From Ruminococcus sp. (GTDB lineage: Bacteria > Bacillota > Clostridia > Oscillospirales > Ruminococcaceae): a stretch of 54,548 bases of DNA. A model generated the notes under the pieces. It saw only the letters and a list, made by a program, of their open reading frames with translations. It searched no databases and was not told where the DNA came from. The stretch spans positions 1 through 54,548 of the forward strand of contig JAAYBK010000357.1 of the NCBI GenBank assembly GCA_012718885.1, written 5' to 3'. Positions 47,446-54,548 of the stretch are shown piece after piece (the first letter of the stretch is position 1; each line of letters opens with the position of its first letter). The position numbers and the translations under genes were made by a program.

Positions 47446-47755
47446 GAGGTTTTTTCAGATTTTTTTAATATATACCCCATTTTCTCGCTGATTCTCTCGC
47501 ATATTCTCCGTTTCTCTCTCGTTCTCACGTTTCATTTCACTTTTTCTGCGTAGAAAAAAAGAGCCCTTTTGCGCGGGATTATGTGCAAAAGAGCCATAAA
47601 GCACATATTAGAATAGTAGACCGAGGACGGCCTCCTATTCATTTATTATGCGTTAGCCAATTGGTTCCTCAACATTATCTGATATGAGGCCTCCCCTGTA
47701 CGGAGGCCTTTTCGTTAAATCAGCAATAATTGAACAGTTGAAAGTTAAATAAATA

Positions 47756-47784
47756 TTGACTATATCACAAAACAGTGATATAAT
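47756..47784 (+). promoter_or_regulatory. glmM promoter with embedded inverted repeat
   Basis: TTGACT-17-TATAAT; TATATCAC-N6-GTGATATA. Confidence 0.75.
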
Positions 47785-47868
47785 ATCAATATGCGAAATA
47801 TATCTTATCAATATCCCACGACTTGCGTGGGATAACGCATCAATACTTTAAATAAGGAGAATCATAGT

Positions 47869-49254
47869 TTGGGAAAGTATTTTGGAACTGACGGCTTCAG
47901 GGGAACCGCCAACGAGAACCTCACAGCAGACCATGCGTTCAGAGTAGGCCGCTTTTTAGGCTGGTACTATGGCGAACTCAAAAAACAAAAGGGCGATGAT
48001 TCTGCCCCACGCATACTCATAGGAAAGGACACCCGCAGATCAAGCTATATGTTTGAATACTCCCTTGTAGGAGGCCTCACCGCTTCCGGTGCGGACGCTT
48101 ATCTGCTCCACGTTACAACTACACCTTCAGTTGCTTATATCTCAAGGGTAGACAGCTTCGACTGCGGAATTATGATCTCCGCAAGCCACAACCCTTATCA
48201 CGATAACGGTCTCAAGCTCATTAATTCCAACGGCGAGAAAATGGAAGATCAGGTCATCGAGCTGGTCGAGGCTTATCTCGACGGAAAACTCAACGCCTTC
48301 GGTCAGGAATGGACCGAGCTCCCATACGCTCACGGCGCTTCTATCGGCCGCACTGTTGACTACGTTTCGGGAAGGAACCGCTATATCGGCTACCTCATAT
48401 CCCTCGGAATGTACTCCTTCCGCGGCAAGAAGATAGGTCTTGACTGCGCCAACGGCTCCTCATGGAATGTAGCTAAGGCCGTTTTTGACGCTCTCGGCGC
48501 TGAAACTCACGTAATAAACGCTGACCCGGACGGAACAAATATCAACGACAATGCCGGCTCCACCCACATCGAAGGACTTCAGAAGTTCGTTGTGGAGAAC
48601 GGTCTGGACGCAGGCTTTGCCTACGACGGAGACGCTGACCGCTGTCTCTGTGTTGACGAAAAGGGCAACCTCATCGACGGTGACCAGATACTCTACATAT
48701 ACGGAAGATATATGAAGGAAAGAGGAAAGCTGGTCAATAACACAGTCGTTACAACAGTTATGTCCAACTTTGGCCTTTATAAAGCCTTTGATGAGCTGGG
48801 CATAGAATATGCGAAGACTGCTGTCGGCGACAAATACGTTTACGAATACATGAAGGAACACGACTGCTGTCTCGGCGGAGAGCAGTCCGGCCACATAATC
48901 TTCTCAAAATACGCCTCCACCGGCGACGGCATCCTCACCAGCCTCAAGATAATGCAGGTAATTATGGCCAAGGATAAGGCTCTCAGCGAGCTTGCTGCTC
49001 CGTTCACTGTCTATCCGCAGGTCCTTGAGAATGTAAGAGTAAAGGATAAAGCTGCTGCTCAGGCTGACCCGGATGTAAAGGCTGCCGTTGAGAAGGTAAC
49101 AGAAGCTCTCGGCTCAACAGGAAGGATACTCGTCCGCCAGAGCGGTACAGAGCCCCTCATCCGTGTTATGGTCGAGGCCGAGAACAAGGATATCTGCCGT
49201 AAATATGTAGATCAGGTAGTTGATATCCTCAGGAAGAACGGCCACACTGTCTGA
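47869..49254 (+). CDS. glmM: Phosphoglucosamine mutase
   Basis: KYFGTDG, ISASHNP, DGDADR, GGEQSGH, SGTEPLIRVM. Confidence 0.95.
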   Translation: MGKYFGTDGFRGTANENLTADHAFRVGRFLGWYYGELKKQKGDDSAPRILIGKDTRRSSYMFEYSLVGGLTASGADAYLLHVTTTPSVAYISRVDSFDCGIMISASHNPYHDNGLKLINSNGEKMEDQVIELVEAYLDGKLNAFGQEWTELPYAHGASIGRTVDYVSGRNRYIGYLISLGMYSFRGKKIGLDCANGSSWNVAKAVFDALGAETHVINADPDGTNINDNAGSTHIEGLQKFVVENGLDAGFAYDGDADRCLCVDEKGNLIDGDQILYIYGRYMKERGKLVNNTVVTTVMSNFGLYKAFDELGIEYAKTAVGDKYVYEYMKEHDCCLGGEQSGHIIFSKYASTGDGILTSLKIMQVIMAKDKALSELAAPFTVYPQVLENVRVKDKAAAQADPDVKAAVEKVTEALGSTGRILVRQSGTEPLIRVMVEAENKDICRKYVDQVVDILRKNGHTV

Positions 49255-49363
49255 AAGCTCAGCGGCATATCCACTGCCGCCAAATCAAAACGATACTTCA
49301 CTCCTCCTCTTTATCACACTCCGGGTATCGTTCTGACAATAGGTATAGAAAGAGGAATACAAC

Positions 49364-50851
49364 ATGAACAAACAGGTCTTCAACCCTTTTCTGCCTATCG
49401 GGGAGTATATCCCTGACGGCGAACCGCATATCTTCGGAGACAGAGTTTATCTCTACGGCTCACACGATAACGAGGGCGGCTGGACATTCTGTATGGGCGA
49501 CTATACAGTTTACTCTGCTCCCGTGAACGATCTTACAGACTGGCGCAAGGAAGGCGTTATATACCGTGCTGCACAGGATCCCGACAGCAGCACCGAACGC
49601 CGCTATATGTACGCACCTGACGTTGTTCAGGGAAATGACGGAAGATATTACCTCTACTACTGTATGTCGGGAGAATTCGGCTTCGGCGGCTACTACGGTC
49701 CCATACAGGTAGCTGTATGCGACAGCCCTGCCGGACAGTTTGAATATCTGGGATATGTCCGCTGGCCGGACGGCACCCCAATGAAGAAATACGTCTGTTT
49801 CGATCCCTGTGCCTTTAACGATAACGGAAAGATATACCTCTATTACGGCACACAGTACCCCGATGAATCCAACGAGATACTCGCCGGTGACAGCGAGCAG
49901 ATGGACGAGGTAATGGAACGCTATGACAAGACCGCTGAGGAGATACTCTCCACCCCGGAAAATGTCAACGGTGCTATCGTTGCCGAGCTGGAAGACGATA
50001 TGCTCACTGTAAAGGGCGAGCCGCACCATGTCATCCCATATGAAGCCGATTTCGGCGGCCACGAATTCTTCGAGGCAAGCTCCATGCGTAAGGTAAGGGA
50101 CAAATACTTCTTCGTGTATTCCTCCCAGTACAACCATGAGCTCTGCTATGCTGTAAGCGACTACCCCGACAAAGACTTCACCTTCGGCGGAACCATCGTC
50201 TCCAACGGCGATATAGGCGTGAACGGCGTTACCGAGGATTGCCGCATGAATATGACCGGCACCACCCACGGCAGTATTATCGAGATAAACGGCCAGTGGT
50301 ACGTTTTCTACCACCGCCTCACCCATAAATCCGACTACAGCCGCCAGGCCTGCGCCGAGCCTATCGAGATCACTCCCGATTACAGGATAAAACAGGCCGA
50401 GATCACATCCTGCGGTCTCAACGGAGGCCCACTTGCCGGAAAGGGTTCATACCCGGCAGTTATAGCCTGCTACATCACCAACGGAAATATGCCCCACGGC
50501 GCAAACAAGATATTCGATCACAGCTTCCCAAATGTCACACATGAGACCTTCCCCGGCAGAGACACTGAACGCTTCATTGCTGAAATATCCGACGGCACTC
50601 TCATCGGCTACAAATACTTCAGCTTTGACGGTCCGGGACGTATATCCCTCACTGTAAGAGGCGAAGGCAAGGGCAGATTCGTTGTCCTCACCGATCTCAA
50701 GGGCGAGGCTGCTGCCGAGCTGGAGGTAGCTCCCTCCGCAGACTGGAACACCGTTTCCGCCGATCTTTCAGTAAGTGCCGGAACACACCCCGTATACCTC
50801 ATCTACAAGGGTACAGGTATGGTCGCTCTTAAAGATATATCGTTTGAATAA
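49364..50851 (+). CDS. GH43 glycoside hydrolase with C-terminal CBM6-like domain
   Basis: YIPDGEPH, MYAPD, FDP, FFEASS, THGS. Confidence 0.85.
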   Translation: MNKQVFNPFLPIGEYIPDGEPHIFGDRVYLYGSHDNEGGWTFCMGDYTVYSAPVNDLTDWRKEGVIYRAAQDPDSSTERRYMYAPDVVQGNDGRYYLYYCMSGEFGFGGYYGPIQVAVCDSPAGQFEYLGYVRWPDGTPMKKYVCFDPCAFNDNGKIYLYYGTQYPDESNEILAGDSEQMDEVMERYDKTAEEILSTPENVNGAIVAELEDDMLTVKGEPHHVIPYEADFGGHEFFEASSMRKVRDKYFFVYSSQYNHELCYAVSDYPDKDFTFGGTIVSNGDIGVNGVTEDCRMNMTGTTHGSIIEINGQWYVFYHRLTHKSDYSRQACAEPIEITPDYRIKQAEITSCGLNGGPLAGKGSYPAVIACYITNGNMPHGANKIFDHSFPNVTHETFPGRDTERFIAEISDGTLIGYKYFSFDGPGRISLTVRGEGKGRFVVLTDLKGEAAAELEVAPSADWNTVSADLSVSAGTHPVYLIYKGTGMVALKDISFE

Positions 50852-50925
50852 GGCCTTTGGTGCATTATGGCGAATTGCCGCAGAGGTAAAATGTCATAAT
50901 ATGGATAAATACTGGAAAAATAATC

Positions 50926-50970
50926 AAAAAGCCCGAAATTCTTGACGTTCGGGCTTTTTTATGTTATAAT
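50926..50970 (+). promoter_or_regulatory. Terminator-like hairpin overlapping the next promoter
   Basis: aaaaagcccgaa/ttcgggcttttt enclosing the TTGACG of TTGACG-17-TATAAT. Confidence 0.65.
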
Positions 50971-51030
50971 GTGTATTCGGGGCATTGTACCCTTTTATAC
51001 TTATTCAGAAAAAGAAATATGGAGGTCAAA

Positions 51031-52635
51031 ATGGCAAAAAAATCAGAACGTAGCCTTAATGTTACTATACAGAACCAGGCCGATAGCAATGACGAGATCG
51101 TTGTTTCTGTCGGAGGTATCCTCAGAAAGCTGAAAAAATATTTCCTGCCCTGGGTAATAGTCTCAGTTATGATCGCAGTTATGGTCACAGGTGTAGCTAC
51201 CTTCAAGACCCTTCGTGATAAACCGCCTCTTACAGCTCTCATAAGCTTCAACTACAGCGGTATCGAAAACGGCAAGGATCCTGCCGGAAGAAATTTCGAC
51301 ATAAATATCGTAAAGAATTCACAGGTCATCGCAGATGCGCTCCACAAGGAAGATATCGACCTTGAAAAGGCTTCAGATATCCAGCAGAATATCACATTTG
51401 AAGGCGTTATCCCTCAGGATGCTATGGACAGGATCACTGTTTACAAGAGCGTTTATGAGACTGCCAACAGCGGAAACCTCTCTGCTGCTCAGGCTATGCT
51501 GGATGTTACATTCTACCCCACACAGTACAAGGTATACTTCGATTACGATGAATGCAACATGACTAAAAAGGAAGCTGTTCAGGTGTTTAACGACATCCTT
51601 GAGGGCTTCAACGACTACTTCTATGATCTCTATGGTTACAACAAGACTCTCGGAACCTCCGTTTCCACTATCGACTACAAGAGCTATGACTACTCAGAAG
51701 CCGTTGACCTTTTCAGATCAAACCTCAAGATCCTTTCCAAGTATGTAAAGGGACTTGCTGCAAACGACAACACACAGTTCCGTTCAAACAAAACAGGCCT
51801 TACATTCAACGACCTTGCTCAGTCAATAAGCACTGTCTCCAATCTTGACCTGGACAAGATCTCTTCCTACATCGACATAAATAACATCACTAAGGATAAG
51901 GAAGCAACTTCTGCTTACTACCAGTACAGGATAGATTCACTCAACCGTGAAAAGGACGCACTTACCGAAAGACTTGCAACTCTTACTGATACTATTGCAG
52001 GCTATCAGAAGGACAACATCCTTATCATGGCTACTGAAAACGGAGCAAATTCAGAACTCACAACAAACTCCGGCGAGTACGATAAGCTTATCGAGCGTAA
52101 GGACAGTGTTGCATCTGAACTGGCCGAGACAAAGCAGAGCATAAAGTACTACGAGCAGCGTAAGGAAGGCCTGGACAAGGCTACAACAAGCACTCCTGCT
52201 ATGATGGAAAAGGTCGAGGCTGATTTTGAAGTCCTCAACACAAGACTTCAGAAGCTCATCGAGGATACTCAGATAACTGCTGAGGAATATTACGAGATCG
52301 TTGAGTTCGCTCACGCTTATAACATCCTTGTTCCTCCTGTAAACTCACAGGTAGACATCGTTAAGTCTATCGTAGGTCACGCAAAGCTTCGTCTTGTTAT
52401 TTTCGAGGCACTTGCATTCCTGGTATATATGGCAATGGCATTCGTTACATCTATAAAGGATGAGAACGCAAAGCCTGTTGCAGTTGCAGAGGATGACGAT
52501 GATGATTATGATGACGATATCGATGACGAAGACGAGGATATCGAAGAGGAAACTGAAGAAGAGGAACCGGAAAAAGAAGAAAAGCCGGTAAAGAAGACTT
52601 CAGGTACAAACAAGAACAAGCGCAGAAAAAAGTAA
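51031..52635 (+). CDS. Wzz-like polysaccharide chain-length/coiled-coil membrane protein with acidic tail
   Basis: N- and C-terminal TM segments flanking a coiled coil; start MAKKSE after GGAGG. Confidence 0.6.
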   Translation: MAKKSERSLNVTIQNQADSNDEIVVSVGGILRKLKKYFLPWVIVSVMIAVMVTGVATFKTLRDKPPLTALISFNYSGIENGKDPAGRNFDINIVKNSQVIADALHKEDIDLEKASDIQQNITFEGVIPQDAMDRITVYKSVYETANSGNLSAAQAMLDVTFYPTQYKVYFDYDECNMTKKEAVQVFNDILEGFNDYFYDLYGYNKTLGTSVSTIDYKSYDYSEAVDLFRSNLKILSKYVKGLAANDNTQFRSNKTGLTFNDLAQSISTVSNLDLDKISSYIDINNITKDKEATSAYYQYRIDSLNREKDALTERLATLTDTIAGYQKDNILIMATENGANSELTTNSGEYDKLIERKDSVASELAETKQSIKYYEQRKEGLDKATTSTPAMMEKVEADFEVLNTRLQKLIEDTQITAEEYYEIVEFAHAYNILVPPVNSQVDIVKSIVGHAKLRLVIFEALAFLVYMAMAFVTSIKDENAKPVAVAEDDDDDYDDDIDDEDEDIEEETEEEEPEKEEKPVKKTSGTNKNKRRKK

Positions 52636-52651
52636 TATAAAGCAAACGCAA

Positions 52652-52689
52652 AGGCGGTAAAGGTCAAGTTCCTTTACCGCCGCTTTATT
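52652..52689 (+). terminator. Intrinsic terminator
   Basis: ggcggtaaagg/cctttaccgcc. Confidence 0.7.
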
Positions 52690-52694
52690 ATAAT

Positions 52695-52858
52695 AAAAAG
52701 AACGCCGAAGACGACAAAAAATGGGTTTCCAAAGGGGATGTACTCCCCTTTGGCGGGGAGGTGTACGAGGAGGGACAGAGTCCCTCCTAAAAAGAAGTAA
52801 AACGAGCGAAGCAATGTTTTACGGCTGTTTTACTTATGTGTGTCCCGGCTTGACCGGC
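52695..52858 (+). repeat. Multi-hairpin dispersed repeat, copy B (divergent)
   Basis: Same layout as copy A with compensatory stem changes. Confidence 0.75.
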
Positions 52859-52868
52859 AAGATAACAC

Positions 52869-53090
52869 GTCGGTAAAGCCGAGGGAAGAAAACTGCGCCG
52901 TCCGTCCGGATACGCTTCGCTGTCCGGACTACTGCTTAGGGAGGGCGCTGCCCTCCCTCGCACACCCTCCTGCCAGAGGATTAACTCCTAACCGGACCGT
53001 CCCCTTTGTCACTGCATGACATCTCCCCACCCAGTGGGGAGTCACCCTCTGGACTCCCATTTCTTGCCTCCTCCGGCGTTTTTATTTTTT
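52869..53090 (-). repeat. Multi-hairpin dispersed repeat, copy C, with ~58 bp insert
   Basis: Reverse complement closely matches 9183-9347. Confidence 0.8.
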
Positions 53091-53149
53091 GTCATATCCT
53101 CCACCGCTCCTGAATATCATTCTACTATATTACTACCGGAGGTACTATC

Positions 53150-53428
53150 ATGCAGGAAAAATCTTCAAAACAAAATCATAACCTGATCCTCGAAAACCGC
53201 CGCTCCCTTAACCTATCCGGCGTCACCGACGTCGACAGCTTCGATGAGAAAACTATCTCCCTCTATACCGAAATGGGCGAGCTCACTATCCAGGGCCGTG
53301 ACCTCCATATCGACGCCATTAGCGTTGAGACCGGAAATATGTCCATAACCGGCGATATCTGGGCTGTCGTCTACGGCGATAAGGACAGAAAAGGCCCACT
53401 CTCAGCTCTGGGCAAGCTGTTCAGATGA
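53150..53428 (+). CDS. yabP: Sporulation protein YabP
   Basis: LENRRSLNLSGVTDVDSFDE; gene order. Confidence 0.92.
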   Translation: MQEKSSKQNHNLILENRRSLNLSGVTDVDSFDEKTISLYTEMGELTIQGRDLHIDAISVETGNMSITGDIWAVVYGDKDRKGPLSALGKLFR

Positions 53429-53964
53429 GCGTTCCGGAAACCTTCTTCTCTGTCAATGAGGAGCTGAGACTGTTCTGGCTGTCATGCCTCTACGGAGCCG
53501 CTTTCGGCCTTGTTTTTGAGCTATTCCGCACCGCAAGACTTCTTTTCCGCCATAATGCCCTGCTGGTAATGATCGAGGATCTGGCCTTCTGTGCAATATA
53601 CTGCATTTTTCTCTCCTCCTTCGCCTCTGCTGCCGCAAGAGGAGAACTGCGGCTGTACTTCCCTATCGGCAATATTCTCGGATTTACGCTGTATCTCGCT
53701 ACTGTCGGCAGCCTTGTATCTGCCGCTATGAAAAAGCTGTTTTTCGCTGTTAAAAAGCTGCTTGATCTCCTTTTTTATCCGTTCCGGCACTGTTATGTAT
53801 TTTTAAGACGAAAAGCAGAGCCTAAATTTGTGGGATGTTCCAAAGTTATAGTTAGTTATTTTAAAAAAATGAAAATACTATTGCAGAAGTCACGCTGTTT
53901 GATGTATAATAAAAAGGTAAATAATAAAAGAAGGAACGTGACAAACGTTGGCAAAAAAAGCTAA
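53425..53964 (+). CDS. yabQ: Spore cortex protein YabQ
   Basis: Hydrophobic; IEDLAF, GELRLY; follows yabP. Confidence 0.85.
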   Translation: MSVPETFFSVNEELRLFWLSCLYGAAFGLVFELFRTARLLFRHNALLVMIEDLAFCAIYCIFLSSFASAAARGELRLYFPIGNILGFTLYLATVGSLVSAAMKKLFFAVKKLLDLLFYPFRHCYVFLRRKAEPKFVGCSKVIVSYFKKMKILLQKSRCLMYNKKVNNKRRNVTNVGKKS

Positions 53965-54253
53965 AACAGAGAAAAAAGGTCTGTTCAACAGATTCCTTGT
54001 AAAATTAGCAGCCGTCTTTGTTATCGCAGGGTGTATCATGCTCGTCTATACCATAGAAAAAGACTGCTCAGAAAAAGAGCGTGAGCTCACCGTTATTCAG
54101 GGTAAAATAGATTCCTATGAGGTCGAAAATGCCGATATTCAGCGTATTCTCGACAGCGATGATATGTCCGAATATATCGCAAGAGTCGCCGTTGAGGAAA
54201 GAGGCTACGCCTATTCCGATGAACGCAGATTCTACGACACTTCAAGGGATTAA
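53948..54253 (+). CDS. divIC: Septum formation initiator DivIC/FtsB family
   Basis: TM plus coiled coil, YIARVA...GY...ERRFYD. Confidence 0.8.
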   Translation: MAKKAKTEKKGLFNRFLVKLAAVFVIAGCIMLVYTIEKDCSEKERELTVIQGKIDSYEVENADIQRILDSDDMSEYIARVAVEERGYAYSDERRFYDTSRD

Positions 54254-54276
54254 TTTTAAAGGAGTTATATATACAT

Positions 54277-54548
54277 ATGCAGCTGGAAATTGGTAAGATC
54301 TATAACGGAAAGGTCAAAGGGATAACCCAGTACGGAGCTTTCGTCGATATCGACGGCGGCGGTTCAGGTATGGTGCATATTTCCGAGATCGCTAACACCT
54401 ATGTAAGTGAGATCCGTGACCACCTCACTGAAAATCAGGAAGTCAGGGTCAAGGTCATCGGTATCAACGAGGCAGGTAAGGTCAGCCTCTCCATTAAAAA
54501 AGCTGTGGAGAATCAGGACACCCAGCCCCAGCAGAAACAGAGAAGACA
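54277..54548 (+). CDS. S1 RNA-binding protein (YabR/YugI-like), truncated at the right edge
   Basis: MQLEIGKIYNGKVKGITQYGAFVD...GMVHISEIA...KVSLSIKKA. Confidence 0.9.
   Translation, partial: MQLEIGKIYNGKVKGITQYGAFVDIDGGGSGMVHISEIANTYVSEIRDHLTENQEVRVKVIGINEAGKVSLSIKKAVENQDTQPQQKQRR

Noticed and set aside
53091-53120. Sigma-E-like promoter before yabP
   Set aside because: Match too loose to call from sequence alone

Overview
Firmicute (Ruminococcus-like by inference: SPKTG sortase motif, gene order) chromosomal window. Housekeeping content: panG-like/panD/panC/panB, rpsI-rplM, glmM, GH43, Wzz-like gene, yabP-yabQ-divIC-S1. Accessory content: a SipW/TasA-type fibre operon and a ~21.7 kb type II PKS/FAS-like cluster with BtrH-like, CrtI-like, aminotransferase, lactonase and ABC exporter genes. 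The most striking signal is below the ORF-track cutoff. Two AgrC/AgrA-type GHKL-LytTR systems, with no agrB/agrD in the window, each sit next to 11-13 aa aromatic micropeptide genes (MKSLVDWFWWIFG; MGGFWDFIFGR twice, differing only at synonymous sites). These genes lie behind promoters with one shared geometry: direct repeats with a 21 bp period, 8 bp, -35, 17 bp, -10. At locus 1 the mirror-image promoter would drive a ~625 nt highly base-paired putative ncRNA (agr P2/P3-RNAIII-like layout). At locus 2 the same box geometry also precedes the biosynthetic cluster and a GyrI-like gene. All functional calls come from manual motif reading; no database searches were run.
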